A stretch of 63,614 nt of DNA, the filler included, from Globobulimina sp. (Eukaryota): assembly GCA_003354225.1 (NCBI GenBank). It is 57 parts of 57 records of this genome, joined end to end, with 100 filler letters (N's around TTAATTAATTAA, not from the genome) between each part and the next. Parts side by side here need not be neighbours in the genome. Positions count along the whole stretch, not along the records: positions 1 to 1,019 come from PIVH01025659.1; positions 1,120 to 2,138 come from PIVH01025660.1; positions 2,239 to 3,257 come from PIVH01025661.1; positions 3,358 to 4,376 come from PIVH01025662.1; positions 4,477 to 5,495 come from PIVH01025663.1; positions 5,596 to 6,614 come from PIVH01025664.1; positions 6,715 to 7,733 come from PIVH01025665.1; positions 7,834 to 8,852 come from PIVH01025666.1; 49 more parts are not named here. One strand, 5' to 3'. The translations under genes and the position numbers were made by a program. Numbering within the stretch: the first letter of the stretch is position 1; the number at the start of each line of letters is the position of its first letter. Below the pieces are notes generated by a model. The model searched no databases and was not told where the DNA came from. It saw only the letters and a list, made by a program, of their open reading frames with translations. Shown in pieces: positions 1 through 11,190 of the stretch.

Positions 1-274
1 ATAATAATACTGTTGATGCGAACATTCTAAATTCTTATTAATCTCACCGGTACAAACTGGAGAAAAGAAAGAAAGAAAGGATTTGGAAGTAGGAAATGAG
101 AGAAAAGTTAGTTCATTAGAAAATGTAAAATATTGATGGAAAACTGAGAAAGCGACATACATAAAAGCAAATTAATACAAGAAAAAAAAGTCAAAAATGA
201 GAATACTCCAAAACAATACATAATAACATAATAAAATACTAATCAATGCCCCATTACACACAGTGACTGCAGTC

Positions 275-1019
275 CTACACCACATCAACCTCTCTATTTA
301 TTCCCTGATCATTCTGATGCATTAACAACCATTCCGCCGCTTGATTGACGCCCTTGGATTCCGTAGCTAGCACCGCTTTGACGCAAGCATGTTTTGTGGC
401 TAACCCCAATTGCATCAATTGCTCCACAATCTTATCATCAAACATAAACTCCTCATCTTCCTCCCGCTGTATATTCAACGGATTGCCCATGTTCTTATGT
501 GTTATCTTCCTTTGATGCCCACTCCCATTGTTCCGCATACTCTCCGCATGTAAGTCCTGTTCATGCTGTCTATAAATACACTCCTTCAGCTCCTCATAAT
601 CGGCACCTAACATATCCCGCAACTCCGCTTCCTTTTGTTCTTCAGTCAATGATAAATCCATCACACTCAACGTTTTAAACACTGTTTCTTCGTATTCCTC
701 ATCATCCAAATCTTCATTATACATGTTTTTGATGGCAGATTCAGACCCAATCCCTGCAAATTCATTCACATTCTTATTCTGATTCTTGTTATCCATATTA
801 CCGTTGATATCATCCCGATATTGTTTGTACACTTCGTCCTGTTCACGGAACATATGTATTGATTCCATGATATCTTTACTAGCAAATAACGGCGAGTTCA
901 CGCCTCCATTCTGGCTGTTTTGGTTATAAATATTTGAATTAATGCCAGTCAGACCACCGGCACCCAACCGCATGACAGGTGGGGGATGATATTTCGGTGC
1001 ATATTTGTTGTACATTGGC
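275..1019 (-). CDS. 5'-partial protein with C-terminal UBA domain
   Basis: C-terminus FDDKIVEQLMQLGLATKHACVKAVLATESKGVNQAAEWLLMH matches the UBA three-helix pattern (USP5/13-type). Confidence 0.75.
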
Positions 1020-1119
1020 NNNNNNNNNNNNNNNNNNNNNNNNNNNNNNNNNNNNNNNNNNNNTTAATTAATTAANNNNNNNNNNNNNNNNNNNNNNNNN
1101 NNNNNNNNNNNNNNNNNNN
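1020..1119. other. Artificial contig spacer N44-TTAATTAATTAA-N44 (first of 56; last at 62498..62597)
   Basis: Identical 100-nt block recurs after every 1017-1019 nt; palindromic 12-mer gives stops in all six frames; contig lengths decrease monotonically. Confidence 0.99.
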
Positions 1120-1551
1120 ATTTGTTTTTGTGTTAATATAATCATTTTTTAATCTTTTTCCATCGCCTTATATTCCTCTGCCACATTTTAATATTTTAAT
1201 TATTGTCTGAAAGTAAACTTATTAATTGGCGGGAATTCTTTGCAATTTATGTAATCGTATTAAAATAATGGATGACGCATTTGCTAGTTGTAATAATGTC
1301 CATTCACAATCTAGTCCAATTATTGTTGGATTTAATCCAACACAACGGAGCATGATAATGTGTCCGAAACGATTTTAGTTGGGATATTGTCATGATAAAC
1401 AACTATAACTCTGCTTTGTTTGTTACGATAACATGTAACAGGGATTACAATCGTTAAAATGACGCAGAATATTGCTATATATTCAATTGAAAGCCACACA
1501 AATAACTCCATTATACAAATAAACTAAAAAACATTAATATCGAGAGAGTAC

Positions 1552-1932
1552 ATGTCATTAATCCAAAAGATAAGGACTGCATTGTGTAAGTCATCAGGAA
1601 CATTATTTCGCCGTCCAAGTTGTTCCACAAACTTAATCACTCATTTTGAGGAAAGAACTAATGGATCGGAACAAAATAATGATACTCAATGGTTAAATGA
1701 CTGGCTAACTTTACGTGATTTAATTGATTCCAATCAAAATCAACTGACAAAAATGGGGCAAATGGGACCACCGAAAACAGAAAGAATGGTCATGGAAGCA
1801 ATTAGCCGCAGAGTTGGCTTTGAAATGCCCAAACCAGCACATCATGCAAAGGATAATATCGAGGAATTGCAATATTATTTTGAAAAATTGTACGTATCAT
1901 TTGATGAATATAATAAACCTCCACCAAACTAA
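1552..1932 (+). CDS. Hypothetical protein, possible N-terminal mitochondrial presequence
   Basis: 126-aa ATG-to-stop ORF; basic, Ser/Thr-rich N-terminus without acidic residues. Confidence 0.4.
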   Translation: MSLIQKIRTALCKSSGTLFRRPSCSTNLITHFEERTNGSEQNNDTQWLNDWLTLRDLIDSNQNQLTKMGQMGPPKTERMVMEAISRRVGFEMPKPAHHAKDNIEELQYYFEKLYVSFDEYNKPPPN

Positions 1933-2409
1933 TGACAATTCAAATCGGAGATCAATTGCAAAAGATCTCACTATTTTGCGTAAATAAATCGTGGGATTTT
2001 TTCATAATTATAAATAGTGGGAACCAACATAATATTTCCCAGTATCTCGCTCATTCTATGAAAACAAAATAAGACTCAGATCATTGTCAGCAAGAAAAAA
2101 GATTATGTATTTTAAGTTAAATTATCGATTGGCTTTCCNNNNNNNNNNNNNNNNNNNNNNNNNNNNNNNNNNNNNNNNNNNNTTAATTAATTAANNNNNN
2201 NNNNNNNNNNNNNNNNNNNNNNNNNNNNNNNNNNNNNNTTTATCAAAAAAAACGCCTATAAAACTGTTTTATTTCTTAGCAACCTAAGCCTCCAAACTCT
2301 TAGTGTTTCAAAAAATAGAAACGAAAAACACTTTTTTGTACGTGCTATAAAAGTCGAATAACACAAAAAAACTGTAAAACTCAAGGGGGCACACAAAAAA
2401 AAACATAAA

Positions 2410-2471
2410 TGTGATGATGGGATTTGAACCCAAATCTTCTTTATAAGATGCTCTCTTTGAGCCACCACCAC
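2410..2471 (-). repeat. tRNA-derived element (degenerate anticodon arm), copy 1
   Basis: Minus strand GTGGTGG-TG-GCTCAAAGAGAGC-A-TCTTATAAAGA-AGAT-TTGGGTTCAAATCCCA-TCATCAC: acceptor stem, D arm, T arm/B-box, then a T-run; shares AAGAAGATTTGGGTTCAAATCCCA with 48256..48323. Confidence 0.7.
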
Positions 2472-2657
2472 CACCACCTCCTCCTCATCATCCACACCCC
2501 CCATCCACATTCCCATCCACACCATCCTCCACATCCACCTCCTCATCCCATCACATCCACATCCCATCCACATCAACCTCCCCATCAACCTCTTCATGAC
2601 TTCATCACGTCCCATCCCATCCTCCACTTCCTCATCCTCCACCTCCTCATCCGCCAC
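2461..2657. repeat. CCA/CAT/CCT low-complexity tract
   Basis: C/A/T-only degenerate trinucleotide tract that generates the His/Pro-rich and Met/Gly/Trp-rich ORFs. Confidence 0.7.
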
Positions 2658-2785
2658 TCAAAAACTTTATTTTTAGAAACACGTTCACAGCGACGATTTT
2701 ATTGACTTCTGATAAAATACTAATTATCTTTGGTATACAGTATCGTTTTTTTTTTACTAGTCTTGTAAGTTAATAGCATGTAAGC

Positions 2786-3257
2786 ATGAGTGAAGGTGAC
2801 GAAAAAACGAACAATATGTTGCAGAAACCAAACGCAAAGCTATCGGGATTGGAATGGGATTTATCAGTGAATCAAGAACATATTGGTTACAACAATCGCA
2901 ATCGTAAAGCAACATTAACAGGAAAACCATGTACAATACGTGGACCATTTTGGAAATATGGACGACATATAATAAATATAAAAGTACATAAATGTGGTCA
3001 TGTTGGTATTGGAATTGTTGACAAAGCATTTCAAATTGCAGCAGGTCACTGGCTGGGAGAAGATATTCATAGTTGGGGAACTTGGGATAATCATAATCAT
3101 CATCAAGGAAAAAATTAGCAGTTAAAACAGGCGATGTAGTCACTGTGGATGTTGATTTACATAACAATGTATTGAATTGGGCAATTAATGGACAATATTT
3201 ATCCGCTAATGACATTGCATTGAATATACCAAACCAAGTTGCAGTGGCTGCCAGTTT
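2786..3257 (+). CDS. SPRY/B30.2-like domain protein, frameshifted near 3113-3118
   Basis: GRHIINIKVHKCGHVGIGIV...WLGEDIHSWG in one frame, then LAVKTGDVVTVDVDLHNNVLNWAINGQ in another frame immediately after AAT TAG. Confidence 0.65.
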
Positions 3258-3357
3258 NNNNNNNNNNNNNNNNNNNNNNNNNNNNNNNNNNNNNNNNNNN
3301 NTTAATTAATTAANNNNNNNNNNNNNNNNNNNNNNNNNNNNNNNNNNNNNNNNNNNN

Positions 3358-4376
3358 TCACTGATTCTTTATTTTCATCAGAACAGAATGCCATGGCCAA
3401 CAGGTTTTCTTGCAAAGATTGAATTTCCTGCTGATCAAGGTATCATCTAACTATTGTAATGACATTAATGAACCTATTTGAACAAATTTTTGCACTTTTC
3501 AGAAAAACTTGTTTGGTCACTGGAAGTTCCAAAAACTGAAAATGGAAGACAATTTTTGGGATTTGCAGAAGTAACCATGGAATCTGAGTCAGCCATCAAC
3601 TTTGGGGGATACTTATTCATACAACATTTTACCACCAATTATTCAATCAATTTCTACAGTGCTTCTTGTGTCTCACTGGAATTCAGTCCAATAATTCAGG
3701 ATCGTATATGGAGTTCGCATGGATGTCAGGTTTGTTTGCATATATTTTACGATATAACTGGTGCCAGGAACAAAATCAACATTGCTAACACCAGGTTCAA
3801 AATTAAATCGCATGTTTCTGATCTGGCTACCCTGTTGAAGCTGTCATTGTCATTTCGTCATCATATGACATCATATATGCAGTTTCTGCCTCATGGTTGC
3901 CTCTTGCCTCATCACAAGAATTGAGCTTCCGCTCATCTAAATCCAAAATGATGAATTTGTAGATTGGAAAAGAAACAACAGAATCAGAAGTTGTTTGCAG
4001 ATGCAATCATATGAGTACATTTGCTGCAGGAATTATTGTTACTCCAAATTCCATTGACTTCGACTATGTGTTCACCCATTTGTCTGTTGAATTGAATCCA
4101 TCTATTTATGTAACTTTGTTGGTCTTCCTTTTGATTTACACATCGACTATGATATGGGGATTTCGCAAAGACAGACTCAACCAAAAAACAAATATTTGCA
4201 TACCCCTTCCGGACAATCGCATCAATCATAAATATTTCTACAACATATCTGTCAAAACTGGCCTTAATGGCAGCGCATCGACTGATTCAGTTATAAGATT
4301 TGTCCTCTTTGGAAAAGATTGGACCACAGAAGTTAGCAGACTCCCAAAATCAAACAAATTGTTCCGGAGGGGTTAG
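3358..4376 (+). CDS. Polycystin-1-like (PKD1L family) fragment: GPS site, TM1 and PLAT domain; introns 3440..3502 and 3730..3962
   Basis: Spliced read gives WSSHGCQ|IGKETTESEVVCRCNHMSTFAAGIIVTPNSIDF (GPS motif), a TM helix, then PLPDN...YNISVKTG...FRRG (PLAT start); GT-AG junctions keep the frame. Confidence 0.85.
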
Positions 4377-4476
4377 NNNNNNNNNNNNNNNNNNNNNNNN
4401 NNNNNNNNNNNNNNNNNNNNTTAATTAATTAANNNNNNNNNNNNNNNNNNNNNNNNNNNNNNNNNNNNNNNNNNNN

Positions 4477-4623
4477 TTTGTTTTTTACGGCGGCTTTATC
4501 GGCTCTGCAATTACGTTGATTGTCTATTTGAAAATATATCATCTGCCGTTAGGAAAAATGTCGGATATTGCCGCAATTGCACTTCCTTTAGGACACATGC
4601 TGGGACGTATCGGCTGTTTTTTT
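4477..4623 (+). CDS. lgt: Bacterial prolipoprotein diacylglyceryl transferase fragment
   Basis: FVFYGGFIG...LGHMLGRIGCFF matches the Lgt YGG and GRxGCF motifs; breaks off at a poly-T run. Confidence 0.85.
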
Positions 4624-4627
4624 TTAG

Positions 4628-5213
4628 TGACATGCTGTTGTACGCAAATGGGCGACCAGGCAAATATCGGTCGCATCGCGTGTTGTTGCTCATATTTTGT
4701 GCGTTGGAGGATTTGAAAGATTCGAGGAATGTTCGCAATGCGTTTCGGATACATTCGCCGCAGAAATCTATCACCATCGCACTGCCAAATAACGAGTATA
4801 AAAGAATATGTTTTAAGAAAATTAATGAATTGATTGTGAAGCAACGCAAAAAAGTGCGGCAATTAATACAGCAGTTATTGCGGAAGCATCAGGAGAACAA
4901 ATTGAATAAATCGAATAATCCGCAAATTGGCGATAAATATCTTAAATTGGCGGAAAAATTCCAAAATTCGTCGGCTTTTTTGCACCAAACTTTAAGTTAT
5001 ATAGCGGCGAATAAAATTGCTTTGCCAAATAATTGCAAATTATGTTTGACTGCATTTAATAGAATGGGAAGGCGGAAAAAAGAATGTCCGATTTGTAATG
5101 ATTATGTTTGTCCAAAGTGTATACAAAGAAAGGCCAGAAATGCAAAAACATCAAAAAGACGTAATGTGTGCGATGGGTGTTTGGACATTGTTGAGGGTCG
5201 ACTGAGATTGTAA
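4628..5213 (+). CDS. Eukaryotic PH + FYVE-like zinc-finger protein, last exon (FGD/PLEKHF-like)
   Basis: DMLLYA...NAFRIHSPQKSI (PH domain) and CKLC...CPIC...CPKC...VCDGC (FYVE-like); preceded by a (T)nAG acceptor. Confidence 0.75.
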
Positions 5214-5644
5214 ATAATTAATTTCTTCCTATTTTTTTGTTTCCTTTGCTTTTCCAATGTACACCATGACAATAACAATGACATTGACATACAAGACATC
5301 ACCCCCTTGTTTGGCTACGCGCCAATTGCTTTTAGGAATCACAGTTGGCAAAAACATATTATTTGGTTGTTTGTATGAATACAGGTTTTAAAGGATCGAG
5401 CATTGTTTTAAATGATTTTAATGAAATTGGACCTAGGAGGGGACAGGCCACAAAAACCCAAGAGGAATTTTTTTCTTTTTAATCCATGAAAATGANNNNN
5501 NNNNNNNNNNNNNNNNNNNNNNNNNNNNNNNNNNNNNNNTTAATTAATTAANNNNNNNNNNNNNNNNNNNNNNNNNNNNNNNNNNNNNNNNNNNNGTCTT
5601 GAATTATACACCTGACTCCACAGTTTTGTGCCCGCTATTAAATC

Positions 5645-6421
5645 ATGGAAGGTGATATTGATTCAAATACTACAACAAAGAAAACGTGTACGCAACCAGA
5701 TGTACCTGAGAGATCATGTGAACTCAAGTTAGGGCTGCATAGACGAGATCCTATATGCAGTCATTGCAGTGATTGTGGTCTGACTCTGACAAGAATTATT
5801 TTTAGTACATACTGGGGCATTTGTATCATTAGTACTATAATGTGGGGTGTGATTGCCGCTGCATTGTATTTAGGTCACGGTAAATGTCCGCCAAACTCAC
5901 ACAAAGATGATGGAGGACCGGAAACGAATGACAATCCGAATCAATGCGATCTTAAATGTATTGATGATGAAACCTTTCGGTGCATATCATATACACAAGA
6001 TGCAAAGTGGTTGATTATTGGTTATAGTGTGCTGTTTGTCTGGTTAGTTTACTGTGTAATGGCATTGCGTTACAATAATAAGCTCAATTCATGCAGCTGT
6101 AGGACATGCAAATCTGATTCAGACACTCAATCAAAGAAAAGTATTTTTTGGGTGGTTATAAGCTTTATTTTTTGTGGCTGTTTGACGGCGGGAATTGTAT
6201 TAATTGTAATGAGTGCCATTCATTGTCCGAATGGAATGTATGTCCAGGATGAGGATGGAACAAAATATAACCCCAATGATTGTTTTTATTGTATCGCTGA
6301 GGAGGATGCAACTTGTCATGATTTGAATTTTGATGCTGTTATGTGTGCAGTTGGAATTGCCATGTTTGCTGTTGGTTTAATTGCAATGGTCTTTGCGATA
6401 CGCCATTTTAAAACCAACTGA
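5645..6421 (+). CDS. Four-TM membrane protein with two Cys-rich loops
   Basis: Complete 258-aa ORF with four hydrophobic segments and an internal duplication. Confidence 0.75.
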   Translation: MEGDIDSNTTTKKTCTQPDVPERSCELKLGLHRRDPICSHCSDCGLTLTRIIFSTYWGICIISTIMWGVIAAALYLGHGKCPPNSHKDDGGPETNDNPNQCDLKCIDDETFRCISYTQDAKWLIIGYSVLFVWLVYCVMALRYNNKLNSCSCRTCKSDSDTQSKKSIFWVVISFIFCGCLTAGIVLIVMSAIHCPNGMYVQDEDGTKYNPNDCFYCIAEEDATCHDLNFDAVMCAVGIAMFAVGLIAMVFAIRHFKTN

Positions 6422-6715
6422 ACACAAATTTATGTTAATGCTTACATCATTTACTTGTTCAAAGGTCATTTACTTGATTCACTGCAAGAGATTTTTGAGT
6501 GTACTTACTTCTATAAAATCTTGCGCATTCCTTTTCATTTGGCTTTATTCCGTTGCAGCCATTTATCATTGGATAATTTATAATTTTATCTCAATTATTT
6601 AAAACATTTGGATTNNNNNNNNNNNNNNNNNNNNNNNNNNNNNNNNNNNNNNNNNNNNTTAATTAATTAANNNNNNNNNNNNNNNNNNNNNNNNNNNNNN
6701 NNNNNNNNNNNNNNG

Positions 6716-7588
6716 GGACTTAAACAAAAAAAAATCAATGGAATTCTGTCATTGAGTTATATTGAGGATTTTGTTAAAATTTATGGCTTAAATAATTATA
6801 AATTTGTATTGGCAAATGGCGAACATATAGAATCAACATTAAATTTAATAAGCAAAACATATTGGTTACACAATGTCATTCCGACAATATTTGACATGAA
6901 AAGAGAAGATGTTATGAATGCTATGAGGGAGACAGTAATTCGGCGAATTCAAAATAGAGGCTTTATACTTGCGATCGATAAACATAATGGCAAAATTGTT
7001 GCATGTGTTGGATGTGAAGATATTTATGATGAGCCATCAATATTTTATGCAAAAGCAAAAGCAAAACCATCTCCAGGTACAGCTGCAAAGCATGTTTATG
7101 TATTTGAGCTGTTAAATATTGTAAATGTTAAAAGAAGTAAATTAGAATCATTAAGTAATGGTAAATATGGCGTTGTATGTCATGGTGGTTCAGTTGCAAA
7201 AGATTCTGATGATAAAAACACACCATTTTTATCATTTTTTATAACAATGTTATCATCAATTTTATTGTATGAATGTGGTTATCAATATTATTATGGTGAA
7301 GTTTCGCATTTAGGATTAAAGAAAATGATACAACGTATCAATCCAAATCAAAAATTGGATGAAGTTGATTTTTCAAATTTTACTTTTAAAGATGGTACAA
7401 ATATATCTGTTTATTTTAACGCATTGAAAACAAAAAAGAAAATGAATGATAATCAAGTGGAAAAGTTAAAAAAACGATGCAAATTATATTCTGTTTTAAT
7501 CGATAAAAATGCATTAAAACTTAGTGCCAAAGTAATAAAAAATATGGCACAAAAAAGAAAAAAAATAGGACTGATATCAAAATTATGA
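6716..7588 (+). CDS. GNAT/AANAT-like protein with PTS1 (-SKL), 5'-partial
   Basis: Frame open from the contig edge; ILAIDKHNGKIVAC and GYQYYYGEVSH resemble GNAT strands; ends ...GLISKL*. Confidence 0.55.
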   Translation, partial: GLKQKKINGILSLSYIEDFVKIYGLNNYKFVLANGEHIESTLNLISKTYWLHNVIPTIFDMKREDVMNAMRETVIRRIQNRGFILAIDKHNGKIVACVGCEDIYDEPSIFYAKAKAKPSPGTAAKHVYVFELLNIVNVKRSKLESLSNGKYGVVCHGGSVAKDSDDKNTPFLSFFITMLSSILLYECGYQYYYGEVSHLGLKKMIQRINPNQKLDEVDFSNFTFKDGTNISVYFNALKTKKKMNDNQVEKLKKRCKLYSVLIDKNALKLSAKVIKNMAQKRKKIGLISKL

Positions 7589-7622
7589 ACAATGTCAAGA
7601 TAAAAGCCACAATCTCCATTCT

Positions 7623-7681
7623 TATACTAATACTAATACTATCCTATACTAATACTAATACTATCCTATTCTAATACTATC
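7623..7681. repeat. ATACTA-based minisatellite
   Basis: TATACTAATACTAATACTATCC repeated about 2.5 times. Confidence 0.7.
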
Positions 7682-7833
7682 TGATTTAAACAGAACTCAA
7701 TAATATTTTTCTTGGATATATAGTTTTTAAATANNNNNNNNNNNNNNNNNNNNNNNNNNNNNNNNNNNNNNNNNNNNTTAATTAATTAANNNNNNNNNNN
7801 NNNNNNNNNNNNNNNNNNNNNNNNNNNNNNNNN

Positions 7834-8852
7834 AAATGCGTGCCGCACCGAGAGTCGCGGTTGGACTGACAGCACGACAACGCATTCTTTTCCTTCGAAG
7901 TGAGCTGCAGTTTGCCATTGCATATGTTGAGTATAATATGCATGGCAGCGCCCAACGATTTGCTCAATAAATGCTCTTGAAAGCTGTCCTCGTTGTAATG
8001 GATCAGCTCATCGAACAAATTCTCATTCAAATCGGCTGAGATCTTGTAACTTTGCTCGCGGATTAAATTCCGGTAATATTGCTCCCATTTACTGTGCTGC
8101 TCATTGTTAGTATTGAGATTATTGTCAAACAAACCGCTGTTGCTCAATATCTCACTGCATTCCTCCAACAACAGCCATAATTGACTCATGCGTTCGAAAG
8201 TATCCATATCTACTTTGCTGCCATCATGGTAATAATGGATGGATTCGCTGCCATCAATGTCCGTCAATGCCATGTTTAACTGTTTGCACATAACATAGCA
8301 TGGGTTGCCAAGGCAGCCAGTGATCAAACTCGCGCCTAAATCGACGGCGGCCTGCAATTTATAAGAGGTCAGCACGCGACCACCGATTCGGTCGCGAGCT
8401 TCCAAAACATGGACTTGATGGCCTAAGTCATGCAATTTTCGCGCAGCGCCTAAGCCAGCGACGCCGGCACCGATTATGATGATTTTCTTCCTCTTTTTAG
8501 CCAGGTCCGGGTCTAAGCGATGTGGGTTGTTCTCGCATAGCCCGAAGTTGATAAATCCATATTGATTTAGGAAGGCATAGATACGCGTTAACACCGCGTG
8601 ATATTCATCGCCGTAGTTATTCAATATGGGGTTTAGGGATAGATATTTATTTACATCTTTTGCCCACAATTCGATGATGTCATTGCGTAGTTCAATGTAA
8701 CTGGTCTCATTTTCTTCAGTTATATCATAGCTTTGATCAACCTTAATGTAGCAGAATCTGTTATAGGTATAGGCAGGCGGAATATAATTTTCATTATCCT
8801 GGGCAGCAACCGGTTCTTTCAGCTGAACTTCATTTCTTGAGGTAAAGGTATT
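7834..8852 (-). CDS. KDM1A: Lysine-specific histone demethylase LSD1-like (SWIRM + amine oxidase), partial
   Basis: [12 protein letters not shown]...[15 protein letters not shown] (SWIRM) followed by [13 protein letters not shown]...[11 protein letters not shown] and DLGAS (FAD amine oxidase). Confidence 0.88.
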
Positions 8853-8952
8853 NNNNNNNNNNNNNNNNNNNNNNNNNNNNNNNNNNNNNNNNNNNNTTAA
8901 TTAATTAANNNNNNNNNNNNNNNNNNNNNNNNNNNNNNNNNNNNNNNNNNNN

Positions 8953-9971
8953 AAATTGGGACAAATTGAAATTCGAATTTCTCGCAAAAAAGTTATTCGC
9001 CGTTTACTTACTACTGTACCAAGGGTACCTCGGCTTTTGCATTTTGGAAATCAACTTACTTTAGCGTCTGTCAGTCAACTCAAAAATTATTTTTTACTTG
9101 AACTTTCGACTTTATTTATTGCACTAAAAGAAATTCAAAATTTGAAAATTTACTCAAAAACATTTTCCAAAAAATTTATGATCGATTTTTATCAAATTTT
9201 GGAGTCTATTTATGAATGGCTTATGGAACAACTTGACACATGTTGTGCAGAAACAACTGATGATGAAGAATTCAAAAAGAAACTCATTCAAACTCTAAGT
9301 TGCAAATTTTCCTTTTTATTAGTATTGCCTGAGTATAATGAACTTAGTAACGTTTCTGTATCCCCCCCTATTCTATTCACTTTCTTTCTAAAGAGTCCTA
9401 ATACCGATTGTTGTGACATTTTATTTCGTTTTGGGGAGGGTCCTTCGGATAATTTACGAAAATTCGGGCAAAAATTCAAATTCAAAAGTCAATTGACTAC
9501 TTCAAAGATGGGTTCCCCCTCAATTGGTTCCACGGGTTCCCCTTTCAGTACAACTATTCAGGATGGTCCCCTTATTTCAAATTATTTGGGCGCAGTTTCA
9601 ACTGGCGCCAAAACTTCTTTGGGCGTCATTTCTACTTTCGACGCAAATTCTACTTTGGGCGCAAATTACATATTTTCCCCGGGCGCCGTTTCTACTTTCC
9701 AAAACTTTCAGTTCCCTAATTTGGCGATTGGTCCCACTAATACTTTGGCCATCAAGTTCATCAATTGTGTTACTTATGATAATGTTTATTCAATTTTGTT
9801 ACTTTTAGTTTTCATGCTATATTTCCATAGGGGATACACTATCGATGGCACACTTGACAACTCGTCCTACATTTCCATGAATATCCGGCCACCCAAAAAG
9901 CCCCCAGATGATTGCATGGACAAACCGGATGTCAACCTAGGATCTACACATGGGAATACTAACACTCAAAT
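8953..9971 (+). CDS. Hypothetical partial ORF containing a short degenerate repeat (about 9585-9700)
   Basis: Frame open across the whole contig; recurring TTCTACTTT/GGGCGC units; no recognisable domain. Confidence 0.35.
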
Positions 9972-10129
9972 NNNNNNNNNNNNNNNNNNNNNNNNNNNNN
10001 NNNNNNNNNNNNNNNTTAATTAATTAANNNNNNNNNNNNNNNNNNNNNNNNNNNNNNNNNNNNNNNNNNNNATAATCTATCATTTGCTCGATACATGTTC
10101 TGAATCTACACTTTTTTGTCTTTTTTATC

Positions 10130-11090
10130 CTATGCTTTAAAATGTGTTTCTTCTGCGATATTCCCACAATCATTTTCTTTCCTTTCTGAGTCTAATTCTT
10201 TCGCTGTTAATTGCTTTATTTTTCTGCAAAATTTCTCAAAAGCTTGCGGCGTAAAAAATAAATATTCTCCATTTTTATTGAAAGAATTGCTTAAATAATG
10301 ATAATTTATACTGGTAATCATTAACTCTCCGCCAATATTGCCATAGTCCTTAAGTTGAATTATATTTTCTTTGTTTAAATCTTTGAGAAACTTTGCACTC
10401 TTTTTCCAATGCGTTTGTTTGGCGGAAGTTATTATATCAGAATCTAAGTTTACTTTTAATAGATTACGTTTTGAGAACACAAAGTTTGGCTGCAAAATAT
10501 ATAATTTTTGCTTTGTTAATATGGTGGATGCAGATACTGGCAAATCAGTGGGATGTACTGATTCCTTTAATGTCTGTAAAAATTGTACACGAAATACTTG
10601 ATCGGGATTCTTTCGATCCAATTTTTTAAATTCAGGCGAATCGCCATCACCATCGCCATCACACAAAATAATATTAAATGTTTGTGATAAATGATTGAAA
10701 AATGCTTGATTAATATCAGCACATTGTAAAATATTTGACCATCCACCAAATAAGTTATCAATTATACTTTTTGCATCATTTGTATCTGATTTATATTGTA
10801 TATCATACCATGCTTCAAACGTTTTTTTATCTTGAATCCATTGTTCCTTTTCGTTGTTATCTTGAAACCATTTAATAATACAATCAAATTGTTGGTGTTC
10901 TATTTTGTTTAATAATAACAATAAATGTTTTGTGATTAACTTTGCATTCATTGCATGGATAAATGTTTTTGATTTTTGCTGTTTGCATGTAATAAATGTC
11001 TCAAATTGTTTGGATTGAACAAAACGTCCCAATTTATTAAACGATGTTTGTTTTACATCGATATCTTTAAGCCCTTCCGTCCCCTTATAT
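10130..11090 (-). CDS. Hypothetical protein, 5'-partial
   Basis: ORF of at least 300 aa in very AT-rich sequence; no recognised motif. Confidence 0.55.
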
Positions 11091-11190
11091 NNNNNNNNNN
11101 NNNNNNNNNNNNNNNNNNNNNNNNNNNNNNNNNNTTAATTAATTAANNNNNNNNNNNNNNNNNNNNNNNNNNNNNNNNNNNNNNNNNNNN

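Noticed and set aside
2256..2705. His/Pro-rich and Met/Gly-rich ORFs
   Set aside because: By-products of a low-complexity tract and the tRNA-like element.
10072..10135. Two in-frame TAG codons hinting at stop reassignment
   Set aside because: Conserved eukaryotic genes in the window have no internal stops and other genes end on TAG; no homology supports readthrough.
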